Shown piece after piece: positions 1 through 8,686 of a DNA stretch of 64,000 nucleotides (positions are counted from its first letter, which is position 1; each line of letters starts with the position of its first letter). The stretch spans positions 129,185-193,184 of the forward strand of contig CALVZK010000001.1 of assembly GCA_944372505.1 (NCBI GenBank). The letters are read 5' to 3'. The DNA comes from an uncultured Clostridia bacterium. Lineage in GTDB: Bacteria; Bacillota; Clostridia; Christensenellales; UBA1242. Below the pieces are notes generated by a model. The model worked only from the letters and a program-made list of their open reading frames with translations. It did no database searches and had not been told where the DNA came from. The position numbers and the translations under genes are program-made.

Positions 1-1
1 A

Positions 2-1768
2 AAAAATAATGGGATCGTAATAATAAATTCCATATTTGGTAAAAATGAAATAGGCAAAATTTTGCCAGTTAATTATATAGAAAAAATAAGACAAACAAAT
101 TCTAAACTTTTTATAATTAATGGACAAAAAATTGCTAATGAATGTGGCTTAGGTTATAAAATAAATTTAATAATGGAAACAGCACTTTTAAAATGCACTA
201 ATTTTTTGACTGAAAATGAAATCATAAACGAAATTTCAAGCTATATTAATAAAAATCTTTCAATTAAAGGTCAAGATGTTGTAGAAAAAAACTTAAATTC
301 AATTAAAATGGCTTTAAGCAATATACAACTAGTTGACAATAACTGTCTTGAAGGTAAACAATATAAACAAGAGAACACAATTAAAAATAAATTTTATAAC
401 GATGTCATTAAAAAAATCATTGATTTAGATGGGAATAATATTCCTGTATCAAAGTTTTCTGAAGATGGTTCTACTCCTATTGGTACATCTCAATATGAAA
501 AAAGAGGTATTGCGCTGAACTTGCCAAATTGGATTAAAGAAAATTGTGTGCAATGTGGTCAATGTGTTTTAGCTTGTCCTCATTCAGCTTTAAGGGCTAT
601 TTTAACTGATGAAAAAACTTTAATTAAAACAAATTTAAATAAAGAAAATTTTGTAAAAGCTATAGGATTAAATGATTTATATAAAATTTCTCTTTCTCCT
701 TTAGATTGTACAGGATGTGGAGTTTGCGCAAAAACATGTCCGGCAATTAAAAAAGCATTACAAATGACACCGACAAATGAAATTTTAAAAATTAAAAAAG
801 AGGATTACGAAAAAGAAAAATTAATTGTTAATAAAAAACAAAGTCTTTTTTCATCTTTAACTGCAAAAGGATTGCAATTTAATCAATCATTGTTTGAATT
901 TCCTGGAGCATGTGCTGGATGTGGTCAAACACCTTATATTAAAATTCTAACTATGATTTGTGGGTCCAATCTTGTTATTGCTAACGCAACTGGATGCTCT
1001 TCAATTTATGGAGGAACATTCCCTTCCTGCCCTTATAAAGAAGATGAAAATGGAAAAGGAATATTTTGGGCTAATAGTTTATTTGAGGATAACGCAGAAT
1101 TCGGATTAGGATTAAAATTAGGAAATGATTATAATAAAATTAATGCAAACAAAAAAGTGTGGATTATAGGTGGAGATGGTTGGGCTTATGACATTGGATT
1201 TGGTGGACTTGATCATATTTTATCAAGTGGCGAAGATATAAATATTTTAGTTCTCGATAACCAAACTTACTCAAATACTGGAGGACAACAAAGCAAAGCA
1301 ACCCCTACAGGAGCAACTGTAAAATTTGCTGAAAATGGAAAGACTTTAAAAAAGAAAAATCTGGGTCAAATAGCATTAACTTACAAAGATGTCTTTGTGG
1401 CGCAAATAGCTCTTGGAGCAGATTTTAATCAAGCAATCAAAGCAATAAAAGATGCACAAGAATATAAAGGAGTAAGCTTAATACTTGCCTACTCCCCTTG
1501 CATAAACCAAGGATTTGATTTATCCAATATGATTAACGAATCTAAAAAAGCTGTTGAATGTGGATATTGGCCAATATACACATATTATCCATCTGAACAA
1601 AAATTAATTTTACAAAGCGAAATGAAAGAAAATGAATATTTTGATTTTTTAAAAAATGAAAGAAGATTTAATTTAACCATCGAAAATAATAAAAAAGATC
1701 TATTAGATAAACAATTACAACAATCCAAAGAAGATTTCTATTCTTTAAAAGAAAAATCAAATAATTAA
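2..1768 (+). CDS. nifJ: pyruvate:ferredoxin/flavodoxin oxidoreductase (PFOR), C-terminal part; 5' end lies upstream of the window
   Basis: The frame is open from nt 2, so the track start at nt 62 is an internal TTG. Two ferredoxin-type clusters are present (CVQCGQCVLACP, CTGCGVCAKTCP). The TPP-binding region GGDGWAYDIGFGGLDH...NQTYSNTGGQ follows, as in single-chain PFOR. Confidence 0.9.
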   Translation, partial: KNNGIVIINSIFGKNEIGKILPVNYIEKIRQTNSKLFIINGQKIANECGLGYKINLIMETALLKCTNFLTENEIINEISSYINKNLSIKGQDVVEKNLNSIKMALSNIQLVDNNCLEGKQYKQENTIKNKFYNDVIKKIIDLDGNNIPVSKFSEDGSTPIGTSQYEKRGIALNLPNWIKENCVQCGQCVLACPHSALRAILTDEKTLIKTNLNKENFVKAIGLNDLYKISLSPLDCTGCGVCAKTCPAIKKALQMTPTNEILKIKKEDYEKEKLIVNKKQSLFSSLTAKGLQFNQSLFEFPGACAGCGQTPYIKILTMICGSNLVIANATGCSSIYGGTFPSCPYKEDENGKGIFWANSLFEDNAEFGLGLKLGNDYNKINANKKVWIIGGDGWAYDIGFGGLDHILSSGEDINILVLDNQTYSNTGGQQSKATPTGATVKFAENGKTLKKKNLGQIALTYKDVFVAQIALGADFNQAIKAIKDAQEYKGVSLILAYSPCINQGFDLSNMINESKKAVECGYWPIYTYYPSEQKLILQSEMKENEYFDFLKNERRFNLTIENNKKDLLDKQLQQSKEDFYSLKEKSNN

Positions 1769-1772
1769 ATTA

Positions 1773-2690
1773 TTAATTGAAATATTTATTAATAAAGTTG
1801 TAAACTTCTTGTCTATATAAAGTTGGATTATTTTCAAAGGCATCTCCATGAGATGCATCTTTTACTATAAATAATTTAGAATTTTTATCCTTCACTGCAT
1901 CATATAAATTATAAACCATTTCAGTAGGAACAAAATTATCTTTGCTTCCATGTATTAATAATAATGGGATGTTTGCCTTTTTTAACTTTTCTATTACATC
2001 AATCTTCTTTAAATCTATTTTTTTTACTCTTTTAACATAACTATAAAATATCTTGTAAATCCATCTGCATTTAAGTTTGCTTTTTGAAAAAACATATGAA
2101 AATTCTCGGTTTGCATTATCAAAGCCACAATCTTCAATGGCACATTTAATATTTTTAATACTAGATACTCCTAATGCCATGCAAATACTGCTTGCGCCCA
2201 TAGAAATGCCATATAATAAAATTTCATAATTATTAATTTCTTTCATTTTATTTATCCAATCAATTAAATCTTTGTGCTCCAAAAAACCCATTGTAAGCAT
2301 ATCCCCTTCGCTTTCTCCATGGGCTCTTAAGTCAACAGCAAGTATATCAAATCCTTTATTTTCAAACATCATGCATTGCATATATACATCAAAATGATTT
2401 CCTCCATAGCCATGTATCACTAAAGCTAATCTATTTGAACCATTATTTTTATAGAATGCATAAAGATTTAAATTATCAAAACTAGAAATATTAACTTTTT
2501 CATAATTCTCGAAATATACCTTGCATTCATCACTTCTTTTTTTTGAAGATTTTTTTTCAATCTTTTTTTTAAGAAAGCTTTTTCGTGACATTGCAAACCT
2601 ATATCCTAAATAACCTATTATTAAATAATTAAATAAAATTAATAAAACAAGTGTAAAAATACTTAATAGAATATATAAAAAAATGTGCAT
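1773..2690 (-). CDS. membrane-anchored alpha/beta-fold hydrolase
   Basis: N-terminal TM helix, HGYGGN oxyanion region, nucleophile elbow GISMGA (GxSxG), and distal HGSKDNFV / ASHGDAF acid-His region. SD AGAGG lies 6 nt upstream of the ATG. Confidence 0.75.
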   Translation of the reverse strand: MHIFLYILLSIFTLVLLILFNYLIIGYLGYRFAMSRKSFLKKKIEKKSSKKRSDECKVYFENYEKVNISSFDNLNLYAFYKNNGSNRLALVIHGYGGNHFDVYMQCMMFENKGFDILAVDLRAHGESEGDMLTMGFLEHKDLIDWINKMKEINNYEILLYGISMGASSICMALGVSSIKNIKCAIEDCGFDNANREFSYVFSKSKLKCRWIYKIFYSYVKRVKKIDLKKIDVIEKLKKANIPLLLIHGSKDNFVPTEMVYNLYDAVKDKNSKLFIVKDASHGDAFENNPTLYRQEVYNFINKYFN

Positions 2691-2741
2691 AACAACCTCT
2701 TTTAATACTTTATTAAAATAAGTTAATTATTATTACTTTAC

Positions 2742-2772
2742 ATAAAAAAAATAAAGCATTTCTGCTTTATTT
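2742..2772 (-). terminator. intrinsic terminator after the 309-aa gene
   Basis: Perfect 10-bp stem AAATAAAGCA/TGCTTTATTT (2749-2758 / 2763-2772) with a 4-nt loop. It overlaps the stop codon and is followed on the minus strand by a T-run (2744-2750). Confidence 0.65.
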
Positions 2773-3700
2773 AAATTATGACTGCTTTTACGCTTTCTCC
2801 GCTTTGTGCATCTTGATAGGAAAGCCAATAACCAAAACCTTCATTTTTATTTTCATCTAAAGGAAACCATATAGGAAAACCTGCTAATTCTTTGGGAGGA
2901 TATTTTTGATAAACTCCTGGAACTCCATAACATATATATTTTATATTATCAAGTTCATATATTAATCCTAAAACATAATAATCTCCATTATCAATATCTA
3001 CTTTTACCCATTTAGAATTTGGTATCAACTGCTCTAAATATTCTTCGTTTGGGTTATTTTCAAAAAGGCCATCAATCTGACTTTTTATTTCTAAATAAAA
3101 ATTATCTTTTTTAGATTTTTCTTCTTCAAATAAACTTTCTTCATTTTCTGTAGAAGATGCAATATTCGCAACATTTTTAAAATAATATTCTTTATATTTG
3201 CATTGATCACATTTGTCACAATTATCATTTTTAAAACATTCATTAATTTCTTTTTCGATTTCTAATTTTTCATCATCATTATAATCAATGTCATAATCAT
3301 CTAAAATATTTTCAACTTCTTCCATTGTATTGGCATTGGATAAAGATGATATTACTTCATCATAAATTTCATCTTGAGAAGGACTGTTACAGCTACTTCC
3401 ATAAAGAATAGGATTTGCTTCTCCATTGGTAACATTAATAATAGCACAAGAAAAAGTTTGTGGGAGTTGTGAAATCTGACAAAAAAAAGTATAAACGGTT
3501 GGCGAAGAATGTGTTAATCCAGCTTTTACAACTTTACCATCGAAATATAACCCTAAACTTAATATACCTTTGGGCTCTTGCCCAAAATTATAAAGCCTAA
3601 CTTTACCATCTAAAATATCCCCATCTTCCTCTAAAGTCAAAACTGCTTTACGAGAGGAATTATCAACTCCATTCAAAACAATACTCTTTTTATTAAACAT
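2771..3700 (-). CDS. hypothetical protein: N-terminal beta-rich domain, acidic linker, Cys cluster, conserved-looking C-terminal domain
   Basis: 309-aa ORF with SD AGAGGTG 4 nt upstream of the ATG. Contains CFKNDNCDKCDQCKY (Cx5CxxCxxC) and C-terminal YYVLGLIYE..YICYGVPG..GFGYW. No family recognised. Confidence 0.6.
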   Translation of the reverse strand: MFNKKSIVLNGVDNSSRKAVLTLEEDGDILDGKVRLYNFGQEPKGILSLGLYFDGKVVKAGLTHSSPTVYTFFCQISQLPQTFSCAIINVTNGEANPILYGSSCNSPSQDEIYDEVISSLSNANTMEEVENILDDYDIDYNDDEKLEIEKEINECFKNDNCDKCDQCKYKEYYFKNVANIASSTENEESLFEEEKSKKDNFYLEIKSQIDGLFENNPNEEYLEQLIPNSKWVKVDIDNGDYYVLGLIYELDNIKYICYGVPGVYQKYPPKELAGFPIWFPLDENKNEGFGYWLSYQDAQSGESVKAVII

Positions 3701-3733
3701 AAAACACCTCTTTATATATTATACAAAGAGGTG
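3701..3733 (-). terminator. hairpin after tkt that also sequesters the SD of the downstream gene
   Basis: On the minus strand: CACCTCTTT (3733-3725), 11-nt loop, AAAGAGGTG (3713-3705), then TTTT (3704-3701), then ATG at 3700. The 3' arm is the ribosome-binding site of the 2771-3700 gene. Confidence 0.55.
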
Positions 3734-3793
3734 CAGATTAATGATTTAAATTATTTATTGAATAATAAATAATTATGCCGAGTATTGTCAAAA

Positions 3794-5752
3794 TTATTTA
3801 CCCATTTTTCTCAAAATTTTTCTGATAACTTCTTTTTCGTTAAATCCAGCTTTGTTATATATTTGTTTGCCTTGTCCACTGCCTTGATATTCTTCAATAT
3901 TTATTATTAAACCATTATCACCAACATATTTATACCAAATACAATCATTAGATGCTTCAATAGCAACTTTAAAAGAATTTTTAGCGATAATCTTGTTCTT
4001 ATAATTAGCGGACTGTTTATCAAATATTTCACAACAAGGCATAGAGACTACATTAACAATAAACTTTTTAGATAATTCAGAAGCAATTTTAATTGCAAGA
4101 GAAACCTCACTGCCTGACGCAATTAAAGTTATATCTGGCTCTTTTTTTGCCTCCTTAATTAAGTATCCACCTTGCAACGCCTCCTTAAATTTGCCGTCAA
4201 CAATTTCCATTTTTTGACGAGATAAAATAAAGGCCCAAGGTCCATTTGAAGAAAATGCTAACTGATAACCAGCCAAAAGTTCATTGGCATCACATGGCCT
4301 AAAAACATTCAACCCTAAAATACTTCTAAGTTGGGAAATTTGTTCTATAGGCTGATGTGTAACCCCATCTTCGCCAACCAAAATGCTGTCATGAGTGAAA
4401 AAATATAATATATTTAATTTCATTAATGCTGACATTCTAACTGCAGGTAACATATAATTAGAAAAAGCAAGAAAAGTCGAACAAAATGGAATAAAGTCTT
4501 CATATAAACTGATACCATTTGTTATTGCCGCCATAGCATGCTCTCTCACGCCAAAATGTATATTTCTTCCTCTTCTATTGGCAGAATTATAATTACCACC
4601 ATTTTCAATATAGGCGCCCGTAGAGGACATCACATCTGCAGTACCGCCAACGATTTGTAAAAGTTTACTTGCAATTTCATTTAAGATAATCTTATTAATT
4701 TCTCTTCCGCTTAAGCCTTCATACTTATAAAGAGAGCGAGATAATTTTTCTAAATCCAACTTTTTCTTTTCAAAAAAATTAACAAATTGTTTATACAATT
4801 CAGGATTTGAATTTGCATAAACAGCAAGTTCTTGATTCCAAGTTTCATGATTTAATTTACCTTTTCTAGAAGTAGCCATGCACCAATCACGAACATCATT
4901 AGGAATATAAAAATTTTCAAAAACTCCTAATTTGTTATTAAAAACTTTTAATTCTTCACTATTTAAAGCAACTCCATGTATAGCAGAAGTTCCTTCTTTT
5001 TCAGTTCCTATACCAATAGTAGTTTTGAAAATAATGATAGTTGGACCTGACAACTTTTTAGCCCGTGAAATAATTTTTGAACATGCTTTATAACTATTCC
5101 CATTATTGCATTTTAAGACATTCCAACCCATAGCCTTAAATTTTTTAGCAATATTTTCTCTATTAGAAATGGTAATACTTCCGTCCATAGTGACATCATT
5201 AGAATCATATAATAATATCAACTTATTTAAAGATAGACTTCCAGCAAGAGAACAGGCCTCTTGAGCCACTCCTTCCATTAAGCAACCATCTCCCGCTAAA
5301 CAATAAGTATAATTATTAATAATAGGAAATCCCACACTATTAAATCTTTCTGCCAAAATAGAAGAAGCAATAGCCAATCCAACAGCATTAGCAACTCCTT
5401 GTCCCAAAGGTCCAGTAGTTACTTCAACTCCATCGGTAATTTTATATTCTGGATGTCCTGGAGTTTTGCTTCCTAAAACTCTTAAATTTTTTAAATCTTG
5501 TAAAGATAAGTCAAAACCAAATAAAGATAATAATGTATAATAAACAGGACATGCATGTCCTGCTGAAAGAACAAATCTGTCTCTATTTAAAAAATCAGTA
5601 TCAGAAACATCAAAATTATAATGATTTTTAAATAAAGCAAGCATTATAGCACTTACACCTAAAGAAGCACCGCTGTGTCCACTAGCAGCTTTAGAAATAG
5701 ATTGAGCAGTGATAGATTTTACATAATTTAAAGTTTTTTCTGCAATATTCAT
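3794..5752 (-). CDS. tkt: transketolase
   Basis: 652 aa. Contains SGHSGASLG, TPP motif GDGCLMEGV, HPE..TTGPLGQG, and the pyrimidine-binding and C-terminal domains. The start overlaps the upstream stop (TAATG). Confidence 0.93.
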   Translation of the reverse strand: MNIAEKTLNYVKSITAQSISKAASGHSGASLGVSAIMLALFKNHYNFDVSDTDFLNRDRFVLSAGHACPVYYTLLSLFGFDLSLQDLKNLRVLGSKTPGHPEYKITDGVEVTTGPLGQGVANAVGLAIASSILAERFNSVGFPIINNYTYCLAGDGCLMEGVAQEACSLAGSLSLNKLILLYDSNDVTMDGSITISNRENIAKKFKAMGWNVLKCNNGNSYKACSKIISRAKKLSGPTIIIFKTTIGIGTEKEGTSAIHGVALNSEELKVFNNKLGVFENFYIPNDVRDWCMATSRKGKLNHETWNQELAVYANSNPELYKQFVNFFEKKKLDLEKLSRSLYKYEGLSGREINKIILNEIASKLLQIVGGTADVMSSTGAYIENGGNYNSANRRGRNIHFGVREHAMAAITNGISLYEDFIPFCSTFLAFSNYMLPAVRMSALMKLNILYFFTHDSILVGEDGVTHQPIEQISQLRSILGLNVFRPCDANELLAGYQLAFSSNGPWAFILSRQKMEIVDGKFKEALQGGYLIKEAKKEPDITLIASGSEVSLAIKIASELSKKFIVNVVSMPCCEIFDKQSANYKNKIIAKNSFKVAIEASNDCIWYKYVGDNGLIINIEEYQGSGQGKQIYNKAGFNEKEVIRKILRKMGK

Positions 5753-6216
5753 TATAATCCTCCTAACATATTAATTATTGATTTGATAGCTTGAGTTTTA
5801 GATTTTTTGTTTAAAATGATTCTAAAGTCTGCAACTTTAAGTATAAATTCTTTTCTAGATTCAAAAGCAATTTTACTTATAGAAGAAGAAATAATTTCTT
5901 TATTTAAATCTAAAAAAATAATTAAAGAATTACAAAAAAAAGAATAGTATTCTTTAAAAATATCAAAGCCAACAGAAATTACAGTATTATGGTATTGTGA
6001 ACAATCTTTAACAACCGAATTTTCTTGTTCCTTATAATATTCAAAACCACAAGTTTCAAGTACTTTTTTAGGATCTATCAAATTATAAACAACAAGATCG
6101 TGGCAATCTGCCCAAAACATATCTAATTTATTTGCTAAGGCTGACGAAACTCTTTTACAAAATTTATCGTCTAAAGAAACCAAAGCAATGTTCAAAATAT
6201 TTTCCACAGCCTTCAT
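5752..6216 (-). CDS. shikimate-kinase-like protein lacking the P-loop (function unknown)
   Basis: 154 aa, collinear by eye with AroK (NIALVSLDDKFCKRVSSALANKLDMFWADCHDLV; GFEYYKEQENSVVKD..NTVISVG). The GxxGxGK[ST] Walker A position reads SLDDKFCK. Confidence 0.5.
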   Translation of the reverse strand: MKAVENILNIALVSLDDKFCKRVSSALANKLDMFWADCHDLVVYNLIDPKKVLETCGFEYYKEQENSVVKDCSQYHNTVISVGFDIFKEYYSFFCNSLIIFLDLNKEIISSSISKIAFESRKEFILKVADFRIILNKKSKTQAIKSIINMLGGL

Positions 6217-6222
6217 ACAAAT

Positions 6223-6231
6223 ATATTAGCA
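6223..6231 (-). promoter_or_regulatory. extended -10 promoter (TGCTAATAT) 6 nt upstream of the ATG at 6216
   Basis: Minus strand reads TGC TAATAT atttgt ATG. There is no SD and no good -35. Confidence 0.35.
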
Positions 6232-6298
6232 TAATTAAAATTATTTTTACAATTAATTATTTAAATTTTTTATAGTGATAAAATTAAAAACAAAAGTT

Positions 6299-7402
6299 TT
6301 AATCATTTAAGTCTTCCATTAATTGAATATTTTTTTTATTATACATTTTTATATCAAATTTAATTCCCCAAAGTAAAATTAAAATTAAAACTGTAATCGA
6401 AATTAATATAGCAATATCAAAAGAAGGTTTATTAATAAAACTATAAACAATAATATTATTTTCTACAGATAAAGCAAAACTGCCATCTATAGCTGTTGAA
6501 AGAATTTTAGAATCAACATCATGCAAGTTGTTTAAAGTTTCTACAGAAGGTAAATCAGCATTGGCTTTGGCGCAAATAATAGAATAACTCGGATTTACCA
6601 CTTGTATAAATTCTTTAGACGAAGAAGTTTCAGATCCATGGTGAGCAATTTTTAGTACATCTGCTTTTAAATATTCGCCATAATTCTTTATTAATTCTTC
6701 TTCTATCCTCCCTTCTGCATCTCCCATAAACAAAAATTTTTTATTTTGATATGTAATCATAACAACTGCGCTATAATTATTTGAATCTGTATATGTATCT
6801 TGGCTTGGTGATAAAAACTCAACACTACATTCTCCAAACATAAAACACAAATCTTTTTCATTAAATATAAATTCACAATTATTGTTAATGGCAGTAGAAA
6901 TTACTTCATTAAAAGTTAAAGAATTTGATATTTTATAATTATGAAGATTTAACCCCAAATCAACTTCAATATTTGAATATATTTTAGGACGCATAACAAA
7001 AGAAACCGAAAAATTATTTAAAATTTCGACTGCTCCTCCTATATGATCGGCATCTTGGTGAGTAAGTAACAAATAATCAATACCATTGATTTTTTCTTTT
7101 GATAAAGTGGTTTTTATGTAATTTACTACTTCTTCAGATGTTTTCTCTGTTCCTGTATCTATTAGCATAGTGGTGTTATCTGGAAAAATTAAAAATAAAC
7201 AATCTGCTTGTCCTACATCAATAACATGTAATTGAAAATCGTTGCCTACAAAATTATCAACCGTTTTTGTCTTTTTTAAAAAATATGAACCTCCTAATGT
7301 AAAAAATAAAATAATAAAAATAGCAAGAAAAAGAATAGATAAACTAAATCTTATCCAAAAATCATTTTTTTTGTAAAATTTAACTTGCAAATTCTTTTTC
7401 AT
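6299..7402 (-). CDS. ComEC/Rec2-family metallo-beta-lactamase-fold protein (MBL domain only, membrane anchored)
   Basis: N- and C-terminal TM helices. Contains DVGQADC, LLTHQDADHIGG (HxHxDH-type motif), and IAHHGS, typical of the ComEC C-terminal domain. Confidence 0.75.
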   Translation of the reverse strand: MKKNLQVKFYKKNDFWIRFSLSILFLAIFIILFFTLGGSYFLKKTKTVDNFVGNDFQLHVIDVGQADCLFLIFPDNTTMLIDTGTEKTSEEVVNYIKTTLSKEKINGIDYLLLTHQDADHIGGAVEILNNFSVSFVMRPKIYSNIEVDLGLNLHNYKISNSLTFNEVISTAINNNCEFIFNEKDLCFMFGECSVEFLSPSQDTYTDSNNYSAVVMITYQNKKFLFMGDAEGRIEEELIKNYGEYLKADVLKIAHHGSETSSSKEFIQVVNPSYSIICAKANADLPSVETLNNLHDVDSKILSTAIDGSFALSVENNIIVYSFINKPSFDIAILISITVLILILLWGIKFDIKMYNKKNIQLMEDLND

Positions 7403-8226
7403 CTTATTATAGTTACATCATTAGGAATATTTTTAATTTTGTGCTTTCTCTTTTTATTAAAAATAGCTATAATCTGAGGCATTAAGTCTATAGTGGCCTT
7501 ATATCCTTCTTCTATCATTTCTTCCATTCCATCAGTTTTTGTTGACTTAAACCTTTTAGTTTCTGGCGCAATCACTAAATCCGCATCAACATATCCTCTT
7601 ACCGCATTACTTTTCATTAATATTCTGATTGAGCATGATAAAACATCTAATATTTTTGTACTGTCAGTTCCATAAGTTCTAGACTTGTTTACATCAACTG
7701 CAATAACATAATCACATCCAAAATATCTGGGCACATCAGATGGAATAGTATTTTGAAGTCCCCCATCACACAAAATCATATCATCATACAATACTGGCTG
7801 AAAAACCCCTGGAACAGCGCAACTACCTAAAACTGCTTTAGTTAAGTTTCCTTTAGCGAATACAATTTCCTTTGTAGATTTAATATCAACAGCAACTGCT
7901 GCAAAAGGTGTTTTAAGGTCTTCAATTTTAAGATTTCCAAGATTATTAGTTATAATTTCTTCTACACCATCAAGTTTAGACGGAGTAAACGGAATTAAAT
8001 TCCTTCTTATATCCTTTTCTTTAATATTTTTAACGATATCATACATTTGCTTATAACTAAAACCATTGGCATAAAAAGCTCCTACTAAACTTCCAGCACT
8101 TGTACCAGCAATAAAATCAAATTTTAAGCCAAATTCTTCAAAGGCTTTTATAACTCCAAGATGAGTAAATCCTCTTGCTCCACCGCCTCCAAAAGCAACG
8201 CCAATTTTTACCTTTCTACCAAACAT
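7399..8226 (-). CDS. patatin-like phospholipase
   Basis: Glycine-rich GGGGARG, nucleophile GTSAGS (GxSxG), and catalytic DGG. SD GGAG is present. There is a 4-nt overlap (ATGA) with the downstream gene. Confidence 0.85.
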   Translation of the reverse strand: MFGRKVKIGVAFGGGGARGFTHLGVIKAFEEFGLKFDFIAGTSAGSLVGAFYANGFSYKQMYDIVKNIKEKDIRRNLIPFTPSKLDGVEEIITNNLGNLKIEDLKTPFAAVAVDIKSTKEIVFAKGNLTKAVLGSCAVPGVFQPVLYDDMILCDGGLQNTIPSDVPRYFGCDYVIAVDVNKSRTYGTDSTKILDVLSCSIRILMKSNAVRGYVDADLVIAPETKRFKSTKTDGMEEMIEEGYKATIDLMPQIIAIFNKKRKHKIKNIPNDVTIIR

Positions 8227-8428
8227 AATTATCTCCTAAATAAGATTCTTGTTATAAAATATTTTTTCAATTAAATTAAATTATAAAGAGAACAATAATA
8301 ATTAATTTAAGAAAAAGAAAAAAATTAATTTATAATTTAATTATACACCTTTAAAAATCAAAATCAAAATATAATTATAAAAATAAAAATTTATTATATT
8401 TTTTGCAAAATAAAATCAATTAAAACTC

Positions 8429-8457
8429 TTGCAAAATAAAAATAAATTTGATAGAAT
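8429..8457 (+). promoter_or_regulatory. sigma-A promoter of tRNA-Glu
   Basis: -35 TTGCAA (8429-8434), 17-nt spacer, TGa-extended -10 TAGAAT (8452-8457). The tRNA starts about 17 nt downstream. Confidence 0.6.
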
Positions 8458-8473
8458 GTATTAGGTAATTTAA

Positions 8474-8548
8474 GGCCTCATGGTCAAGCGGTCAAGACGC
8501 CGCCCTCTCACGGCGGAATCAGGGGTTCGATTCCCCTTGAGGCTACCA
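8474..8548 (+). tRNA. tRNA-Glu (anticodon CUC), CCA encoded
   Basis: Hand-folded cloverleaf. Acceptor GGCCTCA/TGAGGCT (G1-U72 wobble), D-arm GTC-AAGCGGTCAA-GAC, anticodon stem CCGCC/GGCGG with loop CTCTCAC, T-arm AGGGG-TTCGATT-CCCCT, discriminator A, CCA. Closely resembles Bacillus tRNA-Glu. Confidence 0.9.
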
Positions 8549-8651
8549 TATAAACGCGAAAAAGACTTTGAATAAAAGTTTTTTTTTATACTTATTATTT
8601 TATCAAATAAAAGCCTGTTTATTTAAAATATTAAAATAAAAATAATAGGCA

Positions 8652-8680
8652 TTGACAATAATTAAAAATTTATTTATAAT
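8652..8680 (+). promoter_or_regulatory. consensus sigma-A promoter of the ParB-like/GNAT pair
   Basis: TTGACA (8652-8657), 17 nt, TATAAT (8675-8680). ATG at 8687 is 6 nt after the -10 box. Confidence 0.65.
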
Positions 8681-8686
8681 ATGGGT

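Noticed and set aside
2537-2570. Three A8 tracts within 35 nt in the 5' part of the hydrolase gene as phase-variation sites.
   Set aside because: They encode a lysine-rich juxtamembrane stretch (KKKIEKKSSKKR). Poly-A lysine runs are ubiquitous in this genome (also in the 230-aa and vanW-family genes), so they are not distinctive.
7493-7675. Short ORFs overlapping annotated genes: 7493-7675 here, and similar cases at 33735-33929, 35569-35784, 36345-36533, 36961-37191, 37654-37950, 39374-39562, 43964-46573, 47699-47899, 49798-50049, 51106-51882, 53320-53883, 55482-55700, 56425-57237, 59242-59460, 61682-62114.
   Set aside because: All overlap much longer, family-assignable genes. None has an SD or promoter, and their composition is that of antisense AT-rich DNA.
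8403-8441. Duplicated 13-mer TTGCAAAATAAAA (8403-8415 and 8429-8441) upstream of tRNA-Glu as a possible regulator-binding repeat.
   Set aside because: Only the second copy is correctly spaced from a -10 box. Two copies of an A/T-rich 13-mer in AT-rich intergenic DNA are weak evidence. It is noted but not called.
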